The notes: a model not told the origin generated them from the sequence alone. A DNA stretch of 64,000 nucleotides from Octopus vulgaris (GCA_951406725.2 OX597815.1:67270001-67334000), one strand, 5' to 3'. Counted from the stretch's first letter, positions 1 through 16,220 are shown. Made by a program: numbers and translations.

Positions 1-554
1 ATGTAAATTAAGATGTGAAAAGGTGGTATGAGATGATATTAAGCAGAGTTTAAGATTTTAAGAATAAGGAAGAAATCTTTGTAATCTGTAAACAAACTAT
101 ATGAGAGAAAACGGTTAACTCTATAATACATTTTAATTTTATTCTATCTTATTCTACTTGTCAATTATTTTTATCGATTTCACTGTATATATATTTACAC
201 TATATACTCTGTCCGCATTTAACACATTTCAGTCCTTTCCTTCCTTATCGCTCTTAAAATCCCGCTTCATCCAAATTCATGACATTCCCAGCATATTACT
301 CTTCAACTTTATTTAGATTTCTTTGCTAACAAGAAAAACTGTCCCATTTTCCCCACTTCATTTGTACATCCATTTTTCCCCTTCCACTATCTTACTTTAC
401 ACATCCTTCTCTTGCTTTTCCTCTTTGATTCTCTCTTTCCTCTCCCCGTCTGGTTTTCTCTCTCTCCCCAGCTGTATACATATGTGTACTCCTAACTTAG
501 TAGCTGACTCACTATCCTAACCATAAATATATTAAAATTTTCCACCAATTTCTT

Positions 555-680
555 CCTATTTTTGAAATACTGTATCTGAGAAAGGTTTACAAAATGGATG
601 TATTTCCATTTATATTACGCAAACCTGAAACGTACGTATTAAATGATCTCAAAATATCACTATTTGGTTTGATTTCATTA
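555..680 (+). repeat. Dispersed repeat with HHR-like motif (probable PLE pLTR); second copy at about 34212-34340
   Basis: Shared text ttttgaaat.ctgta.ctg...gcaaacctgaaa.gtacgtattaaatgat..aaaat.tcact.tttggtttga. Motif CTGAGAA-AGGTTT...AAACCT-GAAA-CG-TA. Confidence 0.6.
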
Positions 681-1487
681 TCACAACTAATACGACTCCA
701 TGCCACTACACATTAGCTGGTTATGGACCCATATGTGTGCGTATACATACGTGCGCACCTCTCTCTCTCACACACACACACATACACACACTCACACGCA
801 TAAAAATATCTATGCAGGCGTGTGTGTGTTGTGTGTGTATGTGTTTATGTATTTAATAACACAGGATCAAAGACCTTTATTTTATATTCGATATATAAAA
901 CAATTTCAAATTTAAGGCAATTCTATGTAAAATGACATAAAATATTCCTAATATTTATTACAACATATTTATTACAGCTAACAAGTACAATATTTGTGTG
1001 TGCATCTCTCTTCTATATCTGTGTTATATCATATTTCTATTAGAAATATAACTCCATTGCTGAGTCTCTACATTGATATGTGAGATATATTAAAAACACA
1101 CCGATCTCAAATAAATTATTCTTTTATTATTCTTCTGGATCCAGTCATTAGGTTGTAGCCATGCTGGAGCTCTGCCTTCTTGAGTAGGTTTGATTATTTT
1201 TGATAATATCCACCTTAGGAAGTTACTGGTATTCATTGTAGTCAACTGGTTGGAAGATAGTTGATCAAAGTGTCATTACTTATTATAATTAAATATATAT
1301 ATATATATAAAAAGGAAATGAAGAAAATGCTGACAAAATAATTTAAGTAAGGGAGAGTGTATTTAATTAGGTGAAAGTTCTTTTTTACCGGTTGCGCATT
1401 TGTTATGCTTATCAAAAGATATATTTTGATAAGCATAACAAATCCTTTTTTTTATATATCACAACTCGTGTTCCACATCTTTTTTAA

Positions 1488-1606
<119 letters not shown>

Positions 1607-2335
1607 TTTACATATATATATATGTATGTGTGTATAAACCTACATGCATATATGTATATATATACATATACATACTGTATATTACATTTGGTCTTAACCA
1701 AGAGGCAAACAAAGTCATGATTGAGTGGTTAGTAAGTTCGTTTCGCGGCCATTAGTGAATTTGGATAGGGGGGAAATTGGGTACAAACTTGTACCAGTAA
1801 TTCATAAGATCTAGCTATGTTATTCAGTGTCACTTCGATTTTACTTGAGAATTATGTGAAAGGTATATGTGTCTGTGGAGTACTCAGCCTTTTTGTATGC
1901 TAACGCAATGTGTCGGTCATCCAGCTGATCAACAGGAGAGTCCGTAATTTAAACTCAGATTGTGAAAGATAGTTATTAAGTGCCATAAGATATTTTCTAT
2001 TTCCTACCGAAAATTCTGCTGCACACCGCCACCGCCGCCGCCATAAGATATTTATCTGTCCTAATCAAACTCTGTGTAATTTGTAAAGGTTGCTACTGAA
2101 AGTTGTTATGAAAATATTTTACCCCTTTTCTTTATCTCTTTCCTCCTTAATTGTTTTCAATTAGGATTCAAAACACGATTAAGTTAGGCAGAAGTTGAAA
2201 TTCTAACCCGAAAAAGAAAAAAACAAGCCCCCCACCCCACAAACAAGCAACGAAAAACCCAATGGGAAAAACAACCCAAAGTAATACATCACAAAATTAC
2301 AGATATATTTAAAGCGTATACACATCTGTCTTCTA

Positions 2336-2465
<130 letters not shown>

Positions 2466-2480
2466 CATATATAAACTGAT

Positions 2481-2789
2481 ACTCTGTCGGTTACGACGAC
2501 GTGGGTTCAAATTGATTCAGTCAGCGGAACAGCTTGCTCGTGAAATTAACGTGCAAGTGACTGAGCACTCCCCAGACATGCGTACCCTTAAAATAGTTCA
2601 GTGTAACAGAGAATGTGACGCAGCTGGCCCTTAGACATAAATACAGGTACGACTCATTTTTTACCAGCTAAGTGGACTGGAGGAACGTGAAATGAAGTGT
2701 CTTGCTCAAGGACACAACGCTCCACTGGAAATCGAACTCACGACATTATGGTCGTAAGTCGAATACCCTAACCACAAAGCCACGTGCTT
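2481..2789 (-). mobile_element. tRNA-derived CORE-type SINE (family B)
   Basis: Reverse complement has A-box tggctttgtggtt, B-box gagttcgatttcc and CORE-like gtgtccttgagcaagacacttca. Related pieces at about 1710-1950, 36860-36950 and 48860-48985. Confidence 0.85.
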
Positions 2790-5214
2790 ACAAACACCCC
2801 ACCACCACATTTATATATATATATATATATTTACACACAAACGCACAAACACACACATACACACACACACACACGCACGTACGCACGTACGTACTCACGC
2901 GCACATACATACACATCGTGTTGTAATCCAAAACCTGAAATTGCTTGATAAATAACCAGTATTGAAAATTTTATGTGAATTGCATTTCGTGCATTGCAAT
3001 CTTATCTCTTGTTATTAAGCCTGGATGATCCACAGATTATATTTTAGAAATGAAAACAAAACATGAGAAGTTGTTAAACATCTAATAAACAACTTCTCAT
3101 GTTTTTTTCTCTATACTGCCTTATAAACACATATACTTGTACATTCATGTATATATGAATGTATACGTACATACAAGTACACGTACACTGACATACTCAC
3201 ACATATATACACAACATATCAATACTGCTAACCAGAATTGTTAACCATTTACATGAGACACATCTATCACTCCAACGACATAATTAGTTGACCATTGCTA
3301 ACCCTAACCAGTGTATTTCAGCCGAGATAAGCCCAGCGATATGATTTGTCTGCGTGCCTGACTGTCTTTTTGTCTGTCTGTCTTTTGCCAGTCTGTCTAT
3401 CTGTTTTTCTCTCTCTTCTTCTCTCGCTCTCTCTCTCCCGACGTCGTTATCTGTTTCAAACTAGATTTATAAGATATACACCAACTGTTCTTGTTATTTA
3501 GACCATGCTTGAAGGTCATCTCTGACTGTGAAAGTTGTCCAGGCTGGTTATGGTCTCAAAGCCGTGACATAGTGTTTTTATAAGACATGAAGTACAATGG
3601 TTGTAGGATTACATTTTCAAGCTTGTCCTATATTTTCTAAGGCGATATAATGTGATTCAAAAGAGACTTGACTGCTATTTCAGACGGGTCAAGAGTCCAC
3701 GTCATTGCTTTCTTGTTAGTTCCGCAGCCGACAATCGACTGTCATCTATCTAACCATCATCTGTATCCATTTTGATAAGACTGCATTTACAAACAGATTG
3801 ATAGCTTACAGTAAATGTGATCGATTTTTACTATGTTTGCTAACGCTCTCATACATGCATAAACTTGCACTATAAATAACCACTACATGCCTCTCCTTTG
3901 TCTTCATTACGGGATACGATTTTGAAAGTCTGGTATAAATTATATAAATAGTCTCATATAATTTGCTAGTTTCATATAAATTTCTTCTTATGAAGAAGCA
4001 TTCAAAATATTTTCAAGACATCTGATAGTGTAAGAATGCACATTAGTTATAGCTTCGAATATTCGGCAGACTTGGGATTGCTTTCAATCCTCGATTTCTA
4101 TCTGAAAGTAACTGTCGAAGGCACCATATTCAGCTACTCCACGGAGAGTGAGTCCAAGAGAATTTGTGTAACAAAAATGAAGTGTTTTGAATGTATAAAG
4201 ACGGAAAACAAGGGCGAGAAATTCCAGAGGTTCTGCAACATTTAGAGACGAAAAATGTATAGCAAGACCTTTATTAAGTTAATTCCGAAGAGTATGAGAA
4301 AAACGAAAAAGGGAAGAAAAATATACATATAAAGCAGAAGACCTGATGTGTCAAGATTCATCGCTGTTACCGATGTAACTAGATTTCTTGTATGGAGAAA
4401 ATGGTTGAACATACGAGTCACTGATTCTGTGACTTCACTGAAGAAATATCTGTTTAAAGATGAAGTTCTAGTCTAAAAAAGTATATATCTTTAATATTTT
4501 CTGTTAAATGTTGACTAAAGTTTTGTAATTTCTATAGTGTACGCCATCGAATGCAAAAAGTATGGCATAGACAGCGCATGTGCTTAAAAAGATATTGACG
4601 TAATAGAGAGCACATGAATGTTGAAGCACGGTCTGTTAAAAAAAAAAGCATTTCTATGGCTATGAGAATAGAGAATGAATGTTCTACCAAGACTTTTGAT
4701 ATAAACTCAACTCGAGTAATGCATATTAAAATAAGAAGAAACAATAAGAAGGACTCAGAAAACTAAAGATTAATAATTACTCTGATTTTTAACGACTGTC
4801 TACAGTCAGTTGCGTGATTAAGATATGACAACACACACACATACATACATACATACATACATACATACATACATACATACACACACAGAGACACACACAC
4901 ACAGACACACACACACAGACACACACACACAGACACACACACACAGAGACACACACACAGAGACACACACACACAGACACACACACACAGACACACACAC
5001 ACACGCACACACACACATGTATAATACATACATACTAGGCTGCGAGTCTCTCTTCGTATGTATTAATAGTTTTGTCGTTTACAATTTTATATCCATTTAA
5101 AAATTTTCCGTTCGAAAAAAGATCTTTGAATAATCGAAATATGGAACATATATATTGTTCATTGTGAAGTGGATTTTTGTTAATTTCTTGTTTTCTTGAG
5201 GCCAGTTTGTCAAA

Positions 5215-5435
5215 CTCATTAGAACTTGAGATAAAATGCTATGTGATATTATTTCCGTCTATTTAAGTTCTGAGATCAAATTCCACCGAGACCAACTTTG
5301 CCTTTCATCTCTCGAGTCAACTGAGCCTTTCATCTCATTTCATCAGGTCATTTTTGCCTGCCATTTCGATAAAAAGATTGATCAAGTACTGGGGGATCGA
5401 TATATTCGCTCTCTCCACCTTTCTTGTACCTAAAT
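5215..5435 (+). mobile_element. SINE family A, diverged
   Basis: ttctgagatcaaattccaccgagaccaactttgcctttcatc...aagtactgggggatcgat. Confidence 0.7.
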
Positions 5436-6119
5436 TAGTAGCAATTAAAAAAAAATTTATGTTAAGAAGACAAAAGATTTCCAGTAAATTATAAGATCAA
5501 ACTTTGGGAAATCTTGTTCTTAAAGCTTAGTTCGGCTTTGATAGAACCGACCAATTATCAAAGGCCTTTCAGATGTAGCCATCTTGCCTTATTATCTGGC
5601 ATACATTATCTAGAACCACATAATCCAATATAGCAGATCACGTGTCTATTGAAAAGTCCCAGTTATGGGCCAAATAGCAGAAGATGGTCAGTTTGGCGGT
5701 TAAGGTACACAGGACAAGTGTCACACAGAGGCCCGCCTGGGTTTGGAGATGTCTTGATGTTATGTAAACCAACCCTCTATTCACTGTCTAAGTATTAAAC
5801 AGGTCCAGTGCTTCAAGAGTTAACTGGGGAGAGAAGGTAACTAGCTGAGTAAACGGTAGATATATTGACAGAAGACAACAAGAAACCGCTGATGCATGTT
5901 TATCAAGAAAAATAATGAATTTTCAAACGTAGTCCGTAGACATGACACTCGAAAAGATGTAGTGCGAGAGAGAGGGGAGGGAGAAAGAAAGAGAGAGAGG
6001 GGAGAGAGAGAAAGAAAGAGAATAAATAAATTACATTTTAATGTACATTGAGAGAGGGAGAGAGTGAAAGAGAGAGTGAAAGAGAGAGAGAAAGAAATAG
6101 CGAAAGAGAGAAAGAGATA

Positions 6120-6167
<48 letters not shown>

Positions 6168-6534
6168 AATTACAATTTAATGTACGTTGAGAAAAAACGT
6201 TGTTACATTTTCATCACGAATCATTTTAAGAGGGATCGGCTGTGCTGTGAATGAAATGATCGAGGAGAAACAGGAAAGACTTCGTTCTGAATAAATTTGT
6301 CTTTCACATAAAATAAGCGATCGTAAATAGGATTTCGAAAAACAAAGATGAAAGACTTTTACAATATAAAAATATTATAACAAGTTCTTTCATCTTTAAA
6401 GTTGCATAGTTTTTAAAATTCTTTATGATAAATGTACAATGTAATTATTGTTTCTTTACGTCGGCAGATTGGTCTCGACTTTAGGTTAGTTCTAATTGCA
6501 GACACGCTAACATTCGGACATTACCTCCACGCAT

Positions 6535-6661
<127 letters not shown>

Positions 6662-6903
6662 CATATGTGTACACATACACACACACGCAAACGCGCACAC
6701 ACACACATATACTTACATATACATGTCCAAATGCATATTCATACATGCATATGCACGTATGCACGTGTGCAAATAAATAGTTCTATAGATGTATACGTAA
6801 AGCTGTATGCCTTTGTACAAACATATATACACAAACACTCAAATATTTACATGCATAAATACATACATTCACACATACATAAATGCGCGCACACACAAAA
6901 ATA

Positions 6904-6935
<32 letters not shown>

Positions 6936-7093
6936 AATATATACATATATATATATATATATAAGTATATGTATATTTAGAAGTATTCTTTAAACCTCAA
7001 CTCTACAGGTCTTCTACATGTTATATGGAATATTTACTCAATTATGGGAGTTAAAGCTTTTAATCAGTCGAAACGCGATTTTTCTTTTTTCTT

Positions 7094-7128
<35 letters not shown>

Positions 7129-7289
7129 GTATTTCTTCTGTCTTTTTCACCCTGACTCTCTCTTACGCACACTCTCTGTTGCATATATACATACTATGCG
7201 CATACTTACATTTATATAGAATTTGTGTATATATATATTAGTATATATATGTATGTACATACAATATATTTATATTATAAATGAAAGCT

Positions 7290-7429
<140 letters not shown>

Positions 7430-8484
7430 GCATATGCATATATAAATCCACTCTATAATTCAGTTATCGATTAATTATTGTAATCAAGGTTTTTGCCTTC
7501 TGATTGATTCTCTGCCGAACCACCAGTGGGATTGTCTGGCACACTTTAAGCTTCTTATCTTTGAAATTCTTCACATCCTAATCTATAATGAAAACTTCCT
7601 TCAGGTCTGTCCAGATCGAAAGTGGAAAGGAATGGGGAAGAAAATCATTTAGTAGTTGTATGTATGCATGTATGTATGTATGTGTATATGTATATGTGCA
7701 TATATATATGTATGTGTGTATATGTTCATTTGCGTTGCTATGTATGAGAACATGCATGTGAGTGTATATATATATATATGTATATGTATATATGTATGTA
7801 TATATGTATGTATATGTTTGGGTGTATGCATGTGTTTGTGTGCATATATATGCATCTGTGTATAAACATATGTATATATATATATGTGTGTGTGCGTACG
7901 TATACGTGTGTGTGTTTGTGTGTGTTAGCAGAAATTTGATCTGTGCATAGCCATATAGAATTACGTTAGCTGAATGCATTGTATTTGTATATATGCCTTT
8001 GTGTAAGATATACAGTGTGTGTGTATGTGTATTTGTGTGTTTGTGTATGTTTGTGTATGTTGTGTGTGTGTGTGTGTGTGTGTTTGTGTAAATCCGTGTG
8101 TTTGTTAGTGCTTCTAAGGATCAATAATTGCGCTTGAGCTAAACATCTTTGATGTCATTCTACTCTTTATGTGATTTAAACCAAACATTCTCATTTTGAG
8201 ACAAGGTTTTATCTGCTGGCATTGTAGAAACAGTGAAAAACCGAGCTGGTGGCAGTCAGAGGAATGTCATTGATATTGTGAAGGGTAACAGGATATATTG
8301 ATTCTCCATTTGACATTATCATTGAATGTACTGTCCATATTTGTATATATGTGCAGATGTATAATGATGCAGATAAATCAACCAGCCAATCAGGTCTCTT
8401 GTTGCATAAGAACTGGTTAACTGCAAGCTTTATTGTATTGTTGTTTGCAGTTTGTATCAGCAGTCGTTTATTCATGTAACTACG

Positions 8485-8685
8485 GTTTCAAATATTGGCA
8501 CATGGCAACAATTTCATGGCAGCGGGTAAATCGACCAGATCAACCCCAGTGCTTAACTGCTGTTTTCATCTCCGAAAGGCTGAAATTCAAAGTTGACTTC
8601 GGCGGGCTCTGTACTCGGAACGCTAAGAGTCAGAAGAAATTCCACTACACACGTTGTCCGACACATTATAACGATTCTACAGCCT
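8485..8685 (-). mobile_element. SINE family A, diverged
   Basis: ccgaaaggctgaaattcaaagttgacttcggcggg..actcggaacg matches the 27835 copy. Confidence 0.65.
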
Positions 8686-8726
8686 TATACTTATGATGGA
8701 GAACAAATATATTTTCAATATATTTT

Positions 8727-8764
<38 letters not shown>

Positions 8765-10296
8765 GTGAGCAGCTGATGACTTATACGGTGGCTATTGCTC
8801 GCAGATTCATAGGCACGAAGTCACGCACTTAAATACTCAGAGTTTCGCATTTGGTTTGAAATGTGAATCCTTATTGGTTGTTGTTAAACTTGTTTCTCAT
8901 TGGACGAGCCAAGTTACTTGATAGAAATTATTGGAGACTGCTGTTGTGATTTACTGCAAGTGCTGTAATAGTGATATGCACCACTAGGAATTTGGGAAGC
9001 AATTCAATCGAGATGAATTTTCATTCGCAAGACAATAAAATCTCCCATTTTCGGTGGCACTTTCCTACTTAGGTGGTCAAAAATAAACCCTACCAAAAAA
9101 ATTCTGGTACCTATGTGACGGCAGTTTTCTATTTTGTGTTTGTGTGCTTCTTCCGTTGTTAGAAAATCTGAGGAAATCAGTAGAAAGCATGTTTCTTTCG
9201 TAGATTCGAAATATATGTTCAGTTTTTCAATACACATACATATGCACAAACAAAGTGCCACAAACACTTATAAACAAATACTCATAGTCACGCCACAAAC
9301 GCAACAAAGAGTTCATAAACAAGAGTTCATATCGGTTGCCCAAAACAGTTATAAATGGAATAAAAGGGATAATAACTTGTTGGAAGCACGCAACACTGTA
9401 TGACTGAAAATTATGCTGGTTCAACTGAAAAAATTGATCATTTTCCCAAAGCTTTAAAGCTTTTACTATTGGAATACAATGAAACAAAAGATATTCGTTA
9501 TGTAAATCTAAAATATTAGGTATTTTGTACTTACATATTTTCAGTCGTTTAATTTGGGTAGCAGGTAAATGTCTAAATCGGTGAATTTAGCGATAATTTC
9601 AAGGCAGTTACTGTTTCTATCATTCACTTGTGCTTACCAGAGAGAGTCACTTGGTTCAATAATTTCTTCTTGATAATACTCTGCAGCAGGAAAAAAAAAA
9701 CCTTCCCACATATGATTTAAGTAACTTGGGTTTCCGGCAAGTAGAGCAAATCTAATTGCAGTCTTGTATTCAAATGTAGATTACCCAGCAAAGGCCTTAG
9801 CAACATCATAAGGATGAAAACGAAGGTTTTGCCTTTGCCTGGATTGTTTTATTAGAAACAATAAATGTTGAATCAGATCACTGAGAACGCATCGCAATAT
9901 GAGCGTTTAATTTATTTCTACAGAATGATTATGAAAAATAAATACGTTGCTACTGTGAGGTTTCAACTATCTTAAGCAAACACAAACAGGGAGGTGCAGC
10001 AAAATCACTGATTTCCATCATGTACTTCGAACAGGATAATATGACAGTTTTGAGACAATCTTATATGTCGTTTCATTGGTGACTTTACCAATCCTCTACA
10101 ATACTGCTAGTCACGACCTGTGTTCGTGTGTTATTCTTTAAACAGCCTTAACTATGGGGCGAAATCTACAAGTCCCGCTATTATTCCATTACTCGATACA
10201 CGCACATGTAAGTGTACAGTTAAATACATGTAAGTACACAAGAACGTCTACGCCACACGTACATATGTATCTTTCTTTTTCACACACACGCACTTC

Positions 10297-10410
<114 letters not shown>

Positions 10411-10422
10411 ATATATATATAC

Positions 10423-10509
<87 letters not shown>

Positions 10510-10559
10510 TGTATGTATGTATGTATGCATGTATATATGTATATATGTATGTATGAAGT

Positions 10560-10742
10560 CAATTCAAATAAACGAATACAAAAACGAAAATATCGAACGT
10601 GAGGACGTGCACAAAAATGTATTAACTTGACTCTCGGAGAAAGGAGAGAGCTTCATATTTCGCGCATAGCTCTTCGTCGGAGAGGAGAAAGAGAAAGCTC
10701 CAAAGATGGCGAGGAAATCGCCAACAACCCACGTGTAGTTAC
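10560..10742 (-). mobile_element. Solo PLE-type pseudo-LTR with an HHR-like motif (about 10650-10685)
   Basis: Reverse complement tct-CCGACGA-A-GAGC-tat-GCGC-GAAA-tatgaag; downstream sequence resembles the 17580/48590 family; embedded in microsatellites. Confidence 0.6.
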
Positions 10743-10844
10743 ACACACATACATACATACACAGATGCATACACACACATATATATATATAAATACATGC
10801 ATACGCATGCATACATACACACATACATAAACACTGTGAACTTT

Positions 10845-11026
10845 CATTCAAATAATTACTCACCGTTTACTCACGCCCAAATATTATTCCCCCGCCGTTT
10901 ACCCAAACATTTTTTCGAAATCAATTTATACTTAAAACCTCCCAAGACACATAAGCAATGTGCGTGTGAACTTTAAGAAACATCGGTCGAGCTCTTTTGG
11001 CGCAAAACGAGGACATACCGATACAA

Positions 11027-11058
<32 letters not shown>

Positions 11059-11089
11059 AGGCAGACATTTTCAGTTTTAATATATAAGA
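10845..11089 (-). mobile_element. 5' part of a non-autonomous Helitron-like element
   Basis: Minus strand begins a|TCttatatattaaaactgaaaatgtctgcctgtgtg.. (TC start, TATA-rich tract, then microsatellite). The 3' hairpin/CTAG end was not found. Confidence 0.55.
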
Positions 11090-11939
11090 TATATATTTGT
11101 CAACTTGCAAATGTAAAACCTGTTACCCCGAGAAAGAGGAATTGCTAAATAATGGGTAATTTTCTCCTCTGGCTGCTTTCCTTTCTTTCTCTCCCTTTTC
11201 ACACCGGTTGCGCAGCTGACCGGTCGTAAATTCTCTGTGTTTCACTATCTTACTATTTGCTGTTTTCTAATTATTTAGGATGCCTTCTAAGCGTTACCCA
11301 CCATTCTTGTTTTCTTGGCCCAAAGGCTATATTTTGCTCGTTTCTTATTTATTTCGTCTTTGTCCCTCGTCTTAAATTACATTTATTCACTTTCGTATGT
11401 CCACTCTGTATTGTTTGTTTGCTCTTGGCCTCATATTCTCTGCAACTTTCACAGGCACTGCCTGTATGGAAAGTTTTCAGTCTTATCATTATTGGTGTGA
11501 AACTGAGTAATACCATCTAGTTGATAACTCATGAAGAATTAGGGACCTTCTGTGTATCTCTCCCGCCCGGTTGTACACTCAGTGTACGTTACACGTTTTT
11601 CACCTGTCGTTCTGATATATTTTTAATCGATCGAGGGGTAAAAAAGCATTTTTAGTTGATGGATATGTTTTAGTAATTCATTTTGATCACCTATTTTAGT
11701 CGATTTGTACATACTTTTTTCTTGACAGACCCTCCTATATATTTTGTATTTTTATATGTGCGTAGATATTTTTTACCTTCTCTGCTTATATATGTATTTC
11801 CTTTATATGTTGAAGGCCATGGTATTATTTGTATATGATGAAATGTATAGAAGCGTGAGGTTATATAAAGTCGTTGGCCCAAATTTGATGTTTGTTCTCT
11901 GATCAATGATTTACATACATACATACATACATACACACA

Positions 11940-12002
<63 letters not shown>

Positions 12003-12420
12003 CAAAGCTTTCGTAAAAGTTACCTGATACAGTTTCAACATTTTAAAGAATGATACATTTAAAACTTATCCATTAAAAAAAAAAAAAAAAAAAAACTTGA
12101 AGATGTTGAATAACGAAAGCGCTTACACACAAGATATACACGAAACGAAAACTTCCTCCCTAAAGGTTGGTGACATTCTCTTGTCTAGATAATATTTTTT
12201 GAAATAGTTAATAACTTAAAAAATGTTTCTTTCAGTAAACACCCAATCTGTGTGTGTGTGTGCAGCGGAGTAGAAAGATGTTAGTCAAATAGGTTCTGAT
12301 GCTCCAACTTGTTTTCTTTCATCAATCACAATATAAGTTTTGCTTCTGTATGTAATTGAGCATAAGAAAATAATACAATACATACTATATATATATATAT
12401 ACATACACACACACATATAC

Positions 12421-12497
<77 letters not shown>

Positions 12498-12930
12498 CTT
12501 GAATAGTGTCAACTTAAAGAACACTTTTTGTATATAATGTATATTTGTATATATTGCATAAGTGTATGTAAATAAATAAGTCATGTACATATTTGTATAT
12601 TTATGCATCATTAGATGTTAGTCCATCAAGTACACGCGTAATATATGCAGGCATACATAGATATATGCATATAAAGAATATATTAGCATATATGTAAATT
12701 TACAACAAGACACATATACCTATACACATATGTACACATGCATATATATATGTATGTATATATAATATATGTATGTATCTATCTATATGTACACACACAC
12801 ATATACATGCATACTTAATATACAGTATTACAGATCATATGACGTTATAATTTTAAATTGCGTCGTGTTATTAGACACTTCTGCACTAAATACACATGCA
12901 TATGTATGAATATGTATATGTATATGTATA

Positions 12931-13019
<89 letters not shown>

Positions 13020-13721
13020 GTAATATCTATCATACATGTATATTGAATATATCTATAATACATAGCATATGCGCATATTATATATATGTATATATACATA
13101 TATATCTATACATATTCATACACACACATATACACACACGCATATATAAATACATGCATATATATTTACATACGCATTTACATACCAAATAAAAAGCGCA
13201 CGAAAAAGAGAGAGAGAGCAACTGGGTGAAAGTGGGAGGTAGAGACTAATACAAACATATACAAATGCACGTATACACTAATAATTGACGCCACATACAG
13301 GTGACTATCTATGAGGCTTTAGAAAATCTCATCTAAAGAATCTATAGCAGAGACATAACAGAAGTGCTACTTTGATCTTTAACAAGGAAGCCGATACATT
13401 GCAACACTGTCGCCAAGATCAGTAAAATCGATCCGGTTAATTGGCAAGTGGTTTAGCTTTTATCTAGCAAGATGGCGGACGCTAATCTATTTACGTATGC
13501 AAGAAACGAACGATACGCTCTGTCATCCTGTGTGCTGTTATCATAGATTTCGACTAACCATTGAGTATGAACGGCCATATTGTGTGAGAATTGGAAAAAC
13601 CCGTGCATATCTAATTAGGTTAATCCTAGTATTAGATACAGACACCGCTCAATAAATTGAGCCCGAAAATGGTCTTGCTTTCATTTCCTTTCATCTATGT
13701 TCCTTCTTTATCATTTCATGT

Positions 13722-14082
<361 letters not shown>

Positions 14083-14381
14083 TTAGTATTTTTACTGATT
14101 ATTGTTGTCGTTGCTTTTTCTTCATTTTTCTTTGTGCTTGCATCTGTCTTCGTGATCCAAGTTTAAAGTCATGTTTACAAATAAGTATGCTCTTTGTATA
14201 TAAATATTGTAATATCTTGCATAATTTTTTCCCGTGTGTGTGTTTCGTCTTTGTATTGGGAAAGTTCATGCGTGGCTTGCTTTATTCATATTTACCTGCT
14301 GTATTAGAATGAAGTAAGTGCACAGGGTATATATACTGAATATATATATATATATATAACCTAATATATATATATGCATCT

Positions 14382-14412
<31 letters not shown>

Positions 14413-14597
14413 TGTACATACAGATATACATGTGTATATTTATGTGTGTGCGTGTGTGTATTTGCTCAATAGTTTTACTACAGAGAATTGAACTCATAAA
14501 TTTCTCAGAAACCAAACATTAAGCAAACATAGAATTTCGGAGAAGTTAATTCAAGAAAAGCCATTTTATTACAGAGGACCTTTATGTTAACATGCGT

Positions 14598-14702
<105 letters not shown>

Positions 14703-15012
14703 CGCACACACGCACACACACGCACATATTTATATTTTTCTTGTGTGTGCTCGTGTGTAGTGCGTTTGTGTGCATTTGTTATGGCAACGGTGGCGAACGC
14801 GAAAAAGCGTAGCCGGAAGAGCCAAGGTCGAAACTTAGAATAGACTGTCCACTTTTGATACAATAAATGTGTATATCTTATCCACTGCCTTTGTCGCATT
14901 TAGTTCTGTATCAAATAATGTCTACACTACGTAATATATGTTTTTACATCCTTTACAATACTTATATTACAATATGCATGTATGTATGTATCTACCTATC
15001 TATATACATACA

Positions 15013-15103
<91 letters not shown>

Positions 15104-15294
15104 GCACGAACACACACATACACATTATGAATCTATATATGCATAATTGTATATTACTTACGCATAACGATACGTATATCAATATAATTCAACAAGTCTG
15201 CAAATTTTGGGAATCATCTAAATGGGAAATGAATATTTTACAAAGAATAACATACTTTGATATTTAGTTACGACGGAAGTAGAATTAATACGAA

Positions 15295-16220
15295 AAAGTA
15301 ATAGAAGCACATACATAGATCGTAAAAGTGTATAGAAGCACGCGCATAGATCGTAAAAGTGTATAGAAGCACGCACATAGATCGTAGCCGACGGGAATCG
15401 TCTGTCATGGGCGTCAGAACACCCTTATCACGTTATTTCAATCTATTGGAAATCATCAGTAGGAGGTGTCCGGCCATTGTATGGCAGTCAAATCTTGCTG
15501 ACACGATATATAGAATATCAGCATATTTTAAGATACTGATGCCGCAAGTAACTATTATGGACGAAAGCAGTATAACTACCAGTTAATACCACGTGATATA
15601 GGATTTTCAGCACCCACGACAGAAGATTTTCGTCTGCTACGATCTATGTCTGAGCTTTTATGCACCATGCGCCTATGTGAGTGGATCTCTCGAGGCTGAT
15701 AATGCAGTATTCGGTGTTCTAATTATAGGCTAGTAATTCGTCTACTTTTAGGAAACAAAATAGAACCGTAGTTGAGTGCATTGGACTATTGTATGAAACA
15801 GCCCAAACGGATTTGAGGAAAGATGGCATTCAAAAGTTGTTATTAAAACATATTATTTATTATATAATTACTAAAATATATTATTTTTATATTTATAAAA
15901 ATATAAGTTAAGTTGGATATAAAGATTAGCTTTTGGTATTAATGCTGCTTCTGATGCTAATAGTTAATTCTTAATGAGCTTACTGGCTATTTGCGAAATC
16001 AGTGTCTGAAAAGACGCTGATATTCTATATATAGTATCAACGAGATTTAACTGGCATGCAGTGACCAAACGCTTCCCAATGATATCTCGTGATATGGAAG
16101 TCCCGGCCTCCATGACAGACGATTCTCGTCTGCCGAGAGAAATGTGTATGCTTTTATGCACCAAATACCTACACGAGAAAATCTCTCAAGGCTAATAAAA
16201 CAGTATTCGGTGTTCTAACA
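15295..16220. repeat. Nested direct/inverted repeat cluster
   Basis: Three ~30-bp tandem units at 15295-15385; 15355-15560 is inverted at about 15975-16165; 15590-15722 is repeated directly at about 16088-16218. Confidence 0.75.

Noticed and set aside
3058-3105. 18-bp-arm hairpin followed by a T run, resembling an intrinsic terminator
   Set aside because: Eukaryotic context and no upstream gene; likely a local inverted duplication.
13468-13480. YY1-like CAAGATGGCGG motif
   Set aside because: Isolated short motif with no supporting promoter or exon evidence.
15295-15385. CRISPR-like array
   Set aside because: Head-to-tail 30-bp tandem units without unique spacers, in eukaryotic DNA.
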